From assembly GCF_009914755.1 (NCBI RefSeq), contig NC_060934.1: DNA of 64,000 bases. One strand, written 5' to 3'. The notes beneath the pieces were generated by a model. It was not told where the DNA came from and ran no database searches. It worked only from the letters and a program-made list of their open reading frames with translations. Source of the stretch: the human T2T-CHM13v2.0 reference genome, Homo sapiens. Position 1 is the first letter of the stretch, and the number at the start of each line of letters is the position of its first letter. The translations under genes were made by a program, and so were the position numbers. Positions 27,879 through 46,300 of the stretch are shown piece by piece.

Positions 27879-28102
27879 CTTTTTATTGATGTACTTTGGA
27901 ACTAGTCCTGAAGGCTCAAGATCATGCTTGTCTCCAGTTCTTTTATCAACATAAATTGGTTTAGGCTTTTTAGCCACTCCCATGATGATATCAGCTGCAT
28001 TTGTATTTATAAAATTTTTTCCACTCTGTATTCCCATGACAGGATGATCAGTCTTCAATGGCACAGCAGGCTTTTTGGGCACGTTCCGATCAAAGTTTTT
28101 TT
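27879..28102 (-). CDS. ENKUR: ENKUR coding exon 3 (KNFDRNVPKKPAVPL...GLVPKYINKK)
   Basis: 224 nt, taacag acceptor, gtagcc donor; peptide in ORF 27831..28118; frame consistent. Confidence 0.95.
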
Positions 28103-28398
28103 CTGTTAAATATAACATTTCTTTGTTAATATTAAACTACAAACACTGCTACTCAGTGCTATTTATAATATCCAGATATTTCACCACTTGTATATTGAAG
28201 TTGCAGTCATAATATATTTAAATATTTAAGATAGAAGTTTATGCTTACCCCCAAACTCATTGACTTGTAGACATTAAATATGCACAGCTTTTTACCTGTC
28301 AATCAGGCCTCAATAAAATAATTTTTTAAAAAGAAAAAAAGTCAGTAATTAAAATGGAAATAAATTAAGGGCAACATAATCAATTAATATGTTGAGGA

Positions 28399-28741
<343 letters not shown>

Positions 28742-29029
28742 TTATTGGCCGTTTTTACACAGCCTCTTCAGTTTGATCATTCCCATTGATCTATTTTAAT
28801 ATAGCCAAATGGTTTGCCACAATGCAAAAATGTGAAATAATTTATTTTTAAGAACTGAAAGCAACAACTGTCTTGAAAATGCCTTTTCCAATTTTAACCC
28901 CATCACAATTACTAAGGACTGACTTTATTCATTTCTGCATCATTTGACCTTTTTTATTAGTTTATATAACTTTTATTATCAGCAAAGCCAATACTTACAG
29001 TTAAAAGTCTATGAACTGGATTAGCCTCT

Positions 29030-29560
29030 TGTTAGGGGCTGAGTTATGTCCTCCTAGAATTCATATGTTGAAGCCCTAACCCCCAGTATCTCAGAATATA
29101 ACTGTATTTGTAGAAAGGTCTTTAAAGAGGTAATTAAGTCAAGATGAGGTCATTAGAGAAGGCGCTGATCCAATATGACTGGTGTCCTTAGAAGAGGAAA
29201 TTTGAACACAGACATACATATAAGGAAGAACACGTAAAGATACAGAGAAAAGATAACCATCTACAAGCCAATGAGAGATGCTTTAGAAGAAACCAACCCT
29301 GCTGCGTGTGGTGTTGCATGCCTGCAGTCCCAGCTACTTGGGAGGCTGAGGCAGGAGGATTGCTTGAAGCCAGGAGTGTGAGGCTGCAGTGTGCTTTCAT
29401 CATGCCTGTGAATAGCCACCACACACTCCAGCCTGTGCAACATAGACCCTATCTCCAAAAATAAAAACAAACAAAAATACTCCTAAAAAAGAAAAGCAAA
29501 AATCAACTAATCCTCTGACATCTTGATGTTGGACTCCTAGTTCTCCAGAACTGTCCTCCA
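29030..29560 (+). mobile_element. MLT1-type LTR interrupted by an Alu monomer (~29300-29480)
   Basis: aattcatatgttgaagccctaacccccag...taattaag MLT1 motifs; right-arm Alu inside. Confidence 0.7.
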
Positions 29561-29610
29561 GAACTCTCATTGGACCGAGTTTTTAAAGCTTTTGCAAAAC
29601 CCTGCATTCC

Positions 29611-29920
29611 TTTTTTTTTTTTTTTTCCTCTTTTTTTGAGACAGGGTCTCCCTCTGCCACCCAGGCTGGAGTGCAGTGATGCAATCATAGCTCACTGCAG
29701 CCTCAACTTCCTGGGCTCAGGTGATCCTCCCACCTGAGCCTCCCATATAGCTGGGACCACAGATGTGCATCAGCACACCTAGCTAATTAAAAAAAATTTT
29801 TTATAGAGATAGGGTCTCACTTTGTTGCTCAGGCTGGTCTCGTACTCCTGGGCTAAAGCAGTCCTCCTGTCTTGGCCTCCCAAAGTGCTGGGATTGCAGT
29901 CATGAGCCACTGTGCCCAGC
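29611..29920 (-). mobile_element. Alu (AluJ-like)
   Basis: Antisense dimer. Confidence 0.9.
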
Positions 29921-30499
29921 CCTAATACCCTGAATTGATGAATTATTCTAAAGGCCAATGAAATTTTGGGTTTGCTTTTGCCTTACAATGTTTACAAAAT
30001 GATAGGCTTCTTCCTTTTTTCTTATTTGACACAAAGGATTTATATATATATATATATATGTTTGTGTTATATCATATGTTTAACCCTAGAGAGGCTATAT
30101 GAGGACCCAAGGGATACCAGTGGTCCTAAGGCATTGAAAGCATCAAATTCCATTTTAACATTTTCCTATATTCTCAAATGGTATTGTTGGTCATAGAATG
30201 CTGGGTCACAACAGGCCAAGACTAGAGGAAGATACAAAAGAGACTTCTGAAGTCACGAATTAAGCATGAATGTTGTATTTCCACACTTGCTTCTTCCATC
30301 TTGCCATCTTGCCTGATAGTGCCCTCACCTTTTTTCATGAGATATGGGTTGAGAGAGGATTTGGGGACATTAAATACTGCCATAAAGAGAAGTAGTTTCA
30401 CTTTTGTTAAAATGTACATCGCTAGCCGGGCTTGAGATGTTGCATTATTTCCTCAATGCCAGCAGACATAAAAAGCCAACATTTTGAAGAGACAGACTC

Positions 30500-30827
30500 G
30501 TTTCTTTTTTCTTTTCTTTTCTTTTCTTCTCTTCTCTTCTCCTCTCCCCTCCCCTCCCCTCCCTTCCCTCTCTCCCTCCCTTCCTTCCTTCCTCTCTCTC
30601 TCTCTCTCTCTCTCTTTCTTTTTTTGAGATGGGGTCTCACTTTGTTGTCCAGGCTAGAAGGCTGTGGCTTGATCATAGCTCACTGCAGTTTCGAACTCTT
30701 GGGCTCAAGCGATCCTTCCACATCAGCCTCCAGAGTAGTGAAGACTACAGGTGCATGCCATCACACCTAGCTAATTTTTTTTATTTTAATTTTTTTGTAC
30801 GGACGGGGTCTTGCTTTGTTGCCCAGG
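30500..30827 (-). mobile_element. Truncated Alu (AluJ-like) with tail expanded into a TTTC/CTCC/CT microsatellite
   Basis: Polypyrimidine tract 30500-30625 then partial antisense Alu. Confidence 0.85.
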
Positions 30828-31633
30828 TGCTCTCTTTTCTTTATTGCCCTAAGACATCTGGGAAGACATACTTGGGCTATGAAGAAATTGCTTCCATACA
30901 TACCTGTCACACATCACTTTTCATCTACTCTCCCTTTCCCTGATAGCTTTCTTTCCTGAAATCATTCAAAAGACTCCATAACTGGGATCAAGTATATAAT
31001 TTTTGAGGCCCAGTAAAAAATAAAAACACAAGGCTACTTGATCAAAAATTAAAAATTTTAGTACAGCAAGAGCACAGCATTAAAATAAGCATGGGGCCCT
31101 AAGCTGGTTCTACCACTTATTCATGAAGTCTCCTCCATTACATCTAACTCATTGCAGTCCAGTTAGTCTTAAAGGTCTGGGAGAGTAAAAGCCCGTACTC
31201 AAAATGAGCCCAGTAGTTGCTTCAACAACTGGTAGTAATGGTTGTAATTTTCATCTCTTGGAGAAAAGGCCAGACAGGGTTTAGATGCTGGGCAATCTTG
31301 CCCATTAGTCAGATACTGTCCCTGGGGTCTTGACTTTTCCTATAATTGTTGTTTATAATTGAAGCCCCACAGCTAGGGACTAAGATGGTGATGCATGTGG
31401 GCTTCATTGGATAGTCCAAACCCAATCTAAAGTCTATTCTGGGGGCAATTTATCACACTCCATTCTATTTTTCTACCCAATTCTCTACTTCCACTTTCTC
31501 CTAGTCAAATTCTGTTTAATATGAGGTAAAGCTGCTATCACCTGTGCATGTTTAATATTCATCAACAATAAAATAATAGTTAAATCACCTGCTAATGCTT
31601 TTAATATTAAAAATAAAGCATGATAAAACCTAC

Positions 31634-31779
31634 TGGGTGGTAGAGTTTTTTCCTTTGAATGTTTCTTTAGGAAATCCTTTGGAGAAGGTACTTCAACTTT
31701 TGCTGGTCCCATAGTTTTCATTGCAGTTTTAGCTTTTTGCATGTCATCTTTTACAGTTGCCTTAAAAATGGATATGTAC
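31634..31779 (-). CDS. ENKUR: ENKUR coding exon 2 (YISIFKATVKDDMQKAK...KEKTLPP)
   Basis: 146 nt, ttttag acceptor, gtaggt donor; peptide in ORF 31485..31808. Confidence 0.95.
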
Positions 31780-31991
31780 CTAAAATTGAATTTTAAAAGT
31801 TGTAGCATTTATACTTCTAGTAAAAATTACCTAAAGTTTACTTAAAGTTTAAATCTTACATTTTTAATTTATTTAAGTCTATATTCGTATGGAAAAGCAT
31901 AATCATAAAACATACTTACCTGAGCCCTGTCCATCAGACTTAGATAAACTAGATGGAAGCTCTGCCCTAAGAAAGAGGTGCTAGGGCAAAA

Positions 31992-34890
31992 GTGTTCATA
32001 GTATTTCCTTATTATCCTTTGAACATCTGTAGCATCGATAGTGATGTCACCCCTCTCATTCTTGATGTTAGTAATTTGTGTTCTCTGTCTTTCTCTGCTG
32101 ATCAGTCTGGCTAGGGGTCTATTAATTTTATGAATCTTCTTATAGAACCAGAATTTCATTGATTTTCTCCAATGTTCATGTTTTCCATTTCAATGATATC
32201 TGTGCTTATCTTTATTATTTCTTCTTACTTTGGTTTTAATTTGTTTTTCTTTTTTTACTTTCTTAAGATACAAGTTTAGGTTTTTTATTTTGAACTTTAA
32301 TACTTTTGATGTCTTCTTTGATTTAGAAGTTTGTTTAGACATGCTTAGTTTTCATAGATTTGGGATTTTCCAGATATCTAATTGATTTCAGATATATTTC
32401 TATTGTGGTTAGAGAATATACTTTGTATGATTTCAATTCCTTTGAATTTTCTGACATTTGTTTTATGGCACAAAGTATGTTCTATTTTAGTAAATGTTCT
32501 GTATACACTTGAAAAGAAAGTATGTTGTGCCGCTGTTGGCTGGAGTGTTCTATAAATGACAACTAGGTCAAACTGAAAGTATCTTCAAATGTTCTGTATC
32601 CTTCCTGATTTTGTCTATTCTACTAATTATTGAAAGAGAGATGTTAAGGTCTCTGACTGTAATTGTGGATTTGGCTATTTCTTCTTTCAATTAAAATAGT
32701 TTTTGCTTTATGTATTTTGAAACTCTGTTTGTAGGTGCATAGCATTTAGGATTGTTATATCTTCTTGAAAAACAGATCACTTCATCACTATAAAATAACA
32801 CTCTATTCCTTTTAAAATTCTGTGCTCTAGAATCTACTCTGTCTGACATTATGGTAGCTAATCAAGCATCCCTTTGATTTGTAATAGTATATGTTTTTCC
32901 ATTCTTGGACTTTCTACTTGTTGGAGTTTTCCTATAGACTGCATAGAAATTTTATCCAGCCACCAATCACTTTTGTTTGGTATGTTTATACCTTTCACTT
33001 TTAATGTGATTATAAAAATTTGTTTCTGCTTAAAGTTTCCAGCTTGCTGTTTTTTTACATATCCCCTTGCTCATTCTATCTTGCTTTTCATTTTGTTTTG
33101 TTTGGTTTGGTTTTATGGAAACTGTAGCTTTACAGTATACAGGTTTAACTTATCAGAGCCTACTTTCAAGCAATATTATAGCATTTAACATGTGGTATGA
33201 GAACCTTTCAAAAGAATACTTGCATCCAACCCCACTCTTGTCTTAGTGTTGTAATATATTTTACTTTTCTGTGTGGTATAAAATCCATAAATAATTGTGA
33301 TTATGTTCCCTTTATATAATTGTATTTTAAATACATTTGAAAAAATCTTGAATATTTACCCATATATTTGCCATTTCCAGTGTTCTTCATTCTGCTGTAT
33401 AAGTCCAAATTTCTAACTGGTACCATTCCTTCTCCATAAAGGACATTTTTAAACTTCTGGCTTCCATCGTTTCTAAAGATAAATTTACTGTCCTTTTTTC
33501 TTCTTCTTCTATATAATTTTTCTTTTTTTTCCTCTGGCTGTTTTAAACTTTTTTTCTCTTTATTAATAGTTTTAATAAATTTGATGGTAATGTCTCTTGG
33601 TATTCTTTTTTCTACTTGGGGTTAACTGTGATTCTTGGATTTTTGGATTTTGAGATTTCATCAAATTTGACAATTTTTTTACCTTTATTCAAATATTTCT
33701 TCTGTTTCCTCATCCGTTTTCTCCTCTTCCATGATTCTTTGACTGCTTGATATTGTTCAAGCCTCATTGATTCTCTGCTTTCTTTTTCAGTCTATTTTTT
33801 CTCTGTATTTCATTTTGCATTGTTCTATTACTGTGTCTTCAAATTCATCTAAATTTTCTTTTTCAGTGTCTTAGCTGCGTTAATCCAATCTATTACATGT
33901 AGCTACATTTTGTATATGGTATTCTTTATGGTTAGAAGTTAGATTTGGATCTCTCCTTCCATTTCTTTCCCCATCTTGGTTCATGCTTTCTTCTACCTTT
34001 TGAATACATGATGAATATTTAAAATAACTGTTTTAAGGTCTTGTCTACTGATTCTCTAATCTGTGTCATTTCTGTGTCTGTCTTTACTATGTTTTCTCTT
34101 GGTTATGCATTATATTTTCCTGCTTCTTTGCATGCCTGGTAATTTTTGATTGGATGCCAAACATTGTGAATTTTACATTGTTTGTTGCTGAATTTTTCTC
34201 TTCTTTTTCTCTTTCTGGTGTTCTTTAAATTTCTTCCTTAGCTTTTTTCTGGGATTCAGTTATGATAGTTGGAAACAGTGTGATCATTTTAAGGCTTGCT
34301 TTAAGTGTTAGGGTAATTCCACAAGTGCTTTTAGTCTATTTCTAATTTGGCCCCACTACTGAGGCAATATACTTCTGAGTGCACTACTCAATGCCCTGTG
34401 TATTAGGAGGTGTCTCCACCTGGGCTGGTGGGAACACGAACTTTACCTGGCACTACTGCTTTCTGTTGGTTATTTACTTGGCCTTGGTTGTTTCATTACA
34501 TACATGTGCTATCAACCAAAGACTTTAGGGAACTCCTTGTTCATATTTCCACAGTCCTCTCTCTATGCAACTCTCCTCTCTGGTACTCTGTGCTGTGAAT
34601 TCTAGCAGCTTTGGCCTTTGCAAACTCTGAATTCTGTCTCCTTAACTCAGGGAGACTCCTAGGCTTTGTTTTAATTTTTTCTTCTGGATCTTGGCCTGGA
34701 ATTTCTCTCCAGAGAGTATGCTGGGGCAGTCGTAGGGCTTGCCTCATTTGTTTCTCTTCTTTTATAGATGACCACTCTATGTTGTTTATTGTTCAGAGTC
34801 TGATAACTGTTGTTTCATATATTTTTTTTCTGGTGTTCTAGTTGTTTAAGTCAAGAAGATAAATCCCATTTTTGGTTGAAAGCAGTTCAG
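31992..34890 (-). mobile_element. Old L1M LINE (5' region to early ORF2), degenerate
   Basis: ORF 31869..32159 contains L1 ORF2-like KINRPLARL...QITNIKNERGDIT...IIRKYYE; T-rich antisense L1 texture continues to ~34.9 kb. Confidence 0.75.
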
Positions 34891-35391
34891 CTATACCGCT
34901 TTTGTAACAACTTGTATTATCTTCTTCCTTATGTAGATAAATTTGTTTGAAGAAACATTATTGTTTTTTTCCTTTTAGGAGCCTTGCCTCAATCCTGAAC
35001 TTAAAGGCTGGGAATCAATTATAGTCCAAACTGAATGAGCTCATTAGATAGTTTCAAGAAATAATGTTCAAACCAAATCTGTGCCTTAAAATGCCCACAG
35101 AAGTTGGGGCTGGCAGATATGGTCTCGTGATTAATAAGATAATTTCATTTGGGGTAAAAAAAAAAGGTGTCTTTACTTCCACCTCTTTTAAATTTGTAAA
35201 CCCATGATTCAATATATTTTTGTGTAGGTATATGAACTGAAAGCCTGTCCATCTATTATAGAAAATAAGATACTCTATTTTATATAAATGATATTTTCCA
35301 AATTACAAAAATAACATTAAGTAAATTAAAATCTATGTCTCCTCCATCTCTCCAATAAATTTTCCAGAATAAATTCAATTTCAGTGTTTCT

Positions 35392-35755
<364 letters not shown>

Positions 35756-35921
35756 TAAGAATTGCAACTAGATTTTTAAAACTTAATATAGTGTGATATC
35801 TTAATACACATAAATCTTATTCTTTCTGTTAAATAGCTGCATTTTACTCCATTTTCTGAATGGTGTGGTTTTATTACAAAGATCTAGTGGTGACTTTATT
35901 AGATAATTGGCTCTATTTTCT

Positions 35922-37429
35922 TTTAAGTTCAGGGATACATGTGCAGATTTGTTATATAGGTAAACATGCATTACGGGGGTTTGTTGTACAGATTATTTCA
36001 TCACCCAGGTATTAAACCTAGTACTCATTACTTGTTTTTCCTGATCCTCTCCCTCCTTCCACCCCCAGCCTCCGATAGGCCCCAGGGTGTGTTGTTCCCC
36101 TCCATGTGTTCATGTGTTATCACCATTTAGCTCTCACTTTAAGTGAGAATTTAGCAGTATTTTGGTTTCATGTTCCTGTGTTAGTTTGCTAAGGATAATG
36201 GCCTCCAGCCAGTATTACTGCAGCACTATTGTGTGGGACTCTGAACTCTGGAGACTAGGCTGTGTTAGAAAGTTATCCAAATTATTTATTGGATAATTTT
36301 TACATGTACACATCCATGTCCCTGCAAAGAATACGATCTCATTCTTGTTTTATGGCTGAATAGTATCCCATGGTGTATATGTATCACCTTTTCTTTATCC
36401 AGTCTATCACTGATGGGCATTTAGGTTGATTCCATGTCTTTGCTACTGTGAATAGTGCTGCAATGAACCTAGGCATGCATGTGTCTTTATAATAGAACAA
36501 TTTCTATTCCTTTGGGTATATATCCAGTTATGGGATTGCTGGGTTGAATGGTATTCCCATCTTTAGGTCTTTGAGGAATTGCCACACTGTCTTCCACAAT
36601 GGTTGAACTAATTTACACTCCCATCAGCAGTGAGTAAGTGTTCCTTTTTCTCCACAACCTCACCAGTATCTTTTGAATAATGGCCATTCTGATTGGTGTG
36701 AGATGGTATCTCATTGTAGTTTTGATTTGCATTTCTCTAATGATCAGTGATGTTAAGCTTTTCTTCATATGCTTGTTGGTCACATGTATGTCTTCTTTTG
36801 AGAAGTGTCTGTTCATTTCCTTTGCCAACTTTTTAATAGCATTATTTGTTTTGTTCTTGTAAATTTGTTTAAGTTTCTTATAGATGCTGGATATTAGACC
36901 TTTGTCAGATGCATAGTTTGCAAAAATTTTCTCCCATTCTGTAGGTTGTTTACTCTGTTGATGGTTTCTTTTCCTGTGCAGAAGCTCTTTACTTTAATTA
37001 GATCCCATATGTCAATTTTTGCTTTTGTTGCCACTGCTTTTGGCATCTTCATCATTAAATCTTTGCCCGTGCCTATGTCCTGAATGGTATTGCCTAGGTT
37101 GTCTTCCAGGATTTTTATAGTTTTGGGTTTTACGTTTAAGTCTTTAATCCATCTTGAGTTAATTTTTGTATATGGTGAGAGGAATGGGTCCAGTTTCATT
37201 CTTCTGCATATGGCTAGCCAGTTCTCCCAGCACCATTTATTGAATATGAAGTCCTTCCCATTGCTTGTGTTTGTCGGGTTTGTCAAGGATCAGATACTTG
37301 TAAGTGGGCAGTCTTATTTCTGGGTTCTCTATTCTGTTCTATTGATCTCTGTGTCTGTTCTTGTACCAGTACCATGCTGTTTTGGTTACTGCAGCCCTGT
37401 AGTATAGTTTGAAGTCAGGCAGTGTCATG
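35922..37429 (-). mobile_element. 5'-truncated older L1PA (ORF2 C-terminus + 3'UTR)
   Basis: ORF2 peptides ([20 protein letters not shown]); perfect 20-bp TSD gataattggctctattttct at 35902-35921 and 37430-37449. Confidence 0.93.
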
Positions 37430-38139
37430 GATAATTGGCTCTATTTTCTATTTATTATTAGAATTATGAGATATGGGCTAAAGATAAGTTATTCTCAAAC
37501 TAAAATTGTCATCTTCAGAAAACATACCAAAACTATATTTTACCATACAGTTAAGATTAGACTTACTAATCACCATATAGTAAGTCCCATCATTAAGACA
37601 GTAAATTTACATTTTAAAAACCATTTATTTCAAAGGGCACACAAGGAAATGATATTACTCAAAAAGCTGGGATAGTTTGAAAGTGCTTAATTGAGATTTT
37701 TTTTTCCTCTAATGGGCAAAATAGGCATCAAGGATTAACAACTTTTCTTTTTCAATTTTTCCCAGTATTACTGCAGCATTACACTATCGTGTGGAACTCT
37801 GAACTCTGGAGCCTAGGCTGTGTTAGAAAGCTATCCAAATTATTTCTTGAGGAGAATTTTTACACGTACACAGATATCCCTTAAGTCCACCTACAGACTT
37901 GAAATGAGAGTGTTCAATTCAGGCTCATGTCTATATCAAGTAACTAAATTTTCAAAAATGGATGCCAATTCTTCCCCCAGCCTGGTTGTCTGTCATAGCT
38001 CTGATCTGCACTTACTTGACAACACAGGCATATGTCATTGAGTATAATGATGATCTTAGTGCTGCTCAGTACCTCTCACAAGCTGTTGAGTGAAATAATA
38101 TGTGGAATATCAAAAGAGTATGTAGTTAATGTATTCATC

Positions 38140-38352
38140 TACATCTGTGCTGTGTAATATAGCCACATGTGGATATTGAGCACTTGAAATGTGGCTGGTG
38201 CCACATGCGGAAATCATAGTATTTTAGATAAATTGCATTAAATAAACTACATAAAGTAAATTTTTCGTTATTTCTACTTTTTAAAAGTGATTAGAAAAAT
38301 TTAAATTACATACATGACTCTCATTACATTTCTATTAGACTGTGCTGATCTA
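38140..38352. mobile_element. hAT-Charlie MITE fragment (MER3/MER33-like)
   Basis: agccacatgtggatattgagcacttgaaatgtggct...ctattagactgtgctg. Confidence 0.6.
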
Positions 38353-39614
38353 GATAGCAGGAAAATCTATCCTTGAATTAAACTATGCAGTCAGATAGCT
38401 GCACACCCAGAGCACAACACATTGCTGTCTCCAAAACTGCTTTTGTTTAGTTATGTTATCGTACTGGAACACTGGTCTATAATGAGGGCAACAGTAGACT
38501 TATGAAACTCAGCAGATTTAATGTAGAAGTGCGGCTGAAATCTTTATTGTATTACACACATGGTCTCCTCTCTCCGTGAATCCTGGAGGAAGTGTATTTG
38601 TGGCAGCACACCGAGAACATTTGTGCTCCTCTGTGACTACTGCTTTGCTTTTGTCTTTGGACAATATGACTTAGAGTGTAATTGATTTTTAAAGAAGCAT
38701 GGGAAGGATCTTTCTTCCTTGATGGGCTGGCTGCTTAACTAATAGAGTCAAATTTGTTTCAGACTTTAAGCAAACGTGCATGATTGTGAAGCATACATTT
38801 CATGTAGGTCCTCATTTGTAGCTCTACCTTACTTTTCTATCATAATTTCCCATTTGCTTTGATAGCCTCATCAAAAAAAACCTCACTGCATTAGAACAAG
38901 GTTGTGTATAAACACGAAATAGTATCTGATATATAATAAATTATCAAAAACTAAACAATTATAGATGTTACTGAAGCAAAAAGGACTCAGTTTGTTTTAC
39001 TGTCTCAGGCTAAAAGAACTGTGCAAACCAATTAAACTTACGAGCTTTGGTATTAGATTTGTGTCTCGATCTCAGCCCTTGTTTTTCCTCATTGCCTCAA
39101 CTTCTGGGCCTGAGATTTTTCTTCTGTAACAATGGGATAATACTACTTATCCCATAGGATTCTTGTGAAAAAGATCAATAACTGGCACGTTTTAAATTCT
39201 AATACATTGAACATATTGCTATTAATAGTATTCTTGTGGTTATGAATATTGGATATCCATCCTGATAAAACGTTTAAAAATTGAAACTGTTTAACCCTTT
39301 ACTTGATTTTACCTGTGTCCTGGCAGACACAGTCTTATTCTGTAAAAATTTGAGTCATCATGTCTAGACAGTGATTATAACAGACTGACATATTTCCCTG
39401 ATCTGTAAAAATGAATTCTCATATACAATATATTGTTAGTATTGCTTAAGATATTAAACCTTGTTCTGTAACCGAATAATCTAAAAAATGAGTCTAACGT
39501 TCACAAAAGCTCACTTATACATTTCCCTGGCAACTGATTTTAAGGAGTATTGTTGTCATATTTTCTTCTCTCAACATTTTTATGTATATATGAAATGCCA
39601 GAGAGGTGTGCTAA

Positions 39615-39966
<352 letters not shown>

Positions 39967-40881
39967 ACGTATAGATTTCTGAATTATAGGCAGTAACTCA
40001 AAATAAACATTAAGCCAGTAAATGCATATGGAAGCCACAATGTTCCTTGCTGAAAAAAATCCTGTATCTGGTTGTCTCTCCCCTCACCCATATGCCTGAA
40101 GGGAAAGGTGCCTTTTGAATTATCCTGTCAACCACATAGTTTTCCAGGCCTTCAATTGTAATTCTACTAATTATAACACATCTTCATTTGTGTGCCTGTG
40201 ATATATTATATATATGTATATATAATATATAATATGAATAAATATAAATATATGAGATATATAAGCATGAGAAGGGCAGTTGGACAAAATGTAAGAGATG
40301 AAGAGAAGTAGTCTTGTGGGTCTGTAGAGACTGCCTAGCCAGATGAAAAATACATTCTAACACTTAAATTCTAACACTAAACACTTAAAACACTAAAATA
40401 GCTTCTAACACTACTCATAATACTAAGAGACCATATATTGCAGCAATGGGAATTTTAGCATAAAATGTCATCATGACAAACAAAAAGAGACTTTGGAATA
40501 GTCTAGACTTTCTTTGAATATAAGTTAATTAAAAAGGGTTACTGTTTTCCTTGATTAAATTCTTGGCTGTAATTAGTTAGCAAAGTGGGTAAGACAAGAA
40601 ACTCTGGATCAGGAGAAAATGACCATGTCACCTAAGAGTTCCTAATAGTCAAGGAACAGATTTCTCAGCAAAGTCAGATACATAACCATACTTTAAACAA
40701 AGAGATGTTATAAAGACTTCAGAACATGTAAGTGTTAACAGTATTGACACTGAATAAAGCAGAAAGTAGTCCAAGAAGGATGGGAAGCTCCAAAAATGAA
40801 ACACTGATTATGTGTTACAATTAATCACAATGAAAAACAGAACCACATTAAACAAAAACTAATGCTGTTCACTGCATTAAA

Positions 40882-41498
40882 TACACTGTTGGTGGGACTG
40901 TCAACTAGTTCAACCGTTGTGGAAGTGTGGCGATTCCTCAGGGATCTAGAACTAGAAATACCATTTGACCCAGCCATCCCATTACTGGGTATATACCCAA
41001 AGGACCATAAATCATGCTGCTATAAAGACACATGCACACGTATGTTTATTGTGGCACTATTCACAATAGCAAAGACTTGGAACCAACCCAAATGTCCAAC
41101 AACGATAGACTGGATTAAGAAAATGTGGCACATATATACCATGGAATACTATGCAGCCATAAAAAATGATGAGTTCATGTCCTTTGTAGGGACATGGATG
41201 AAGCTAGAAACCATCATTCTCAGCAAACTATCACAAGGACAAAAAACCAAACACCGCATGTTCTCACTCATAGGTGGGAATTGAACAGTGAGAACACATG
41301 GACACAGGAAGGGGAACATCACACACCGGGGACTGTTGTGGGGTGGGAGGAGAGGGGAGGGATAGCATTAGGAGATATACCTAACGTAAATGATGAGTTA
41401 ATGGGTGCAACACACCAACATGGCACATGTATACATATGTAACAAACCTGCACATTGTGCATATGTACCCTAAACCTTAGAGTATAATAAAAAAAAAA
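40882..41498 (+). mobile_element. 5'-truncated young L1PA (L1PA4-like 3' end)
   Basis: ORF2 C-terminus ([25 protein letters not shown]...MFSLIGGN), 3'UTR, poly-A; no TSD found. Confidence 0.93.
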
Positions 41499-41848
41499 GT
41501 ATGCATGCAGAAATTCTACACTGGTGAGCCTGAGGACAATTTCTGTAAGAGTTGTAGAGAGAATTTTTATTACATTCATAGAGAAGCAATGATTGCATAA
41601 GGCCATTTGGAGTTTCAGTCACCACAAATGAAAATCAATTAAAAAATAAGATTATGTGATTAATAGATTAGGGAAATATTTTAGACATAATAATTTGCAT
41701 GTTGATGTTAGCAGAGAATCTTGTTAAATCCTTGTTGATAAGGTAGAGAAATATGAGTTAATAGGTTTACTTTGGTGACTGAACACTCAAAAGTATTGCT
41801 ATCAGCCTAGAGAGAGGTGTCTAGTAGCCTAGCAAAGTACTTGCCATG

Positions 41849-45484
<3,636 letters not shown>

Positions 45485-45489
45485 CTATG

Positions 45490-45870
45490 TTCTATGATAG
45501 ATAAGAGATATAAAAGACATATTTATTAAATTTGCAAATGACACAAAAAGAATGGTTAACAGAATGTATAAAAGATTCAAATGCAAAACTATCTCCATAG
45601 ATTAATGAGTTGAGATAAAAAAGAATCAGCTACATAATTAGAGGATGGGAGAGACCAACCTTAGTCAAAATCCATACAGGGTATTTTAGTGTGAGCCAAT
45701 AGTTGGACATGACTGTCAAAATGCTTATGGAAGCTTAGGCTGAATGGATGAAAATATTGTGCCAAGAATTATGGAAAGGAGATAATGGTTTCATGGACTG
45801 TTCAGACCATAACTGGAATATTGCTTTAAACAAAATGGAAAGAGGGGATGACTGGAGATATTCAATAACT
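45490..45870 (+). mobile_element. CR1/L3 LINE remnant (continues on the other side of THE1 at ~41600-41845)
   Basis: attaaatttgcaaatgacacaaa (KFADDTK-like RT motif) and gtgagccaatag...gcttaggctg. Confidence 0.55.
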
Positions 45871-45880
45871 GCAGACATCA

Positions 45881-46300
<420 letters not shown>

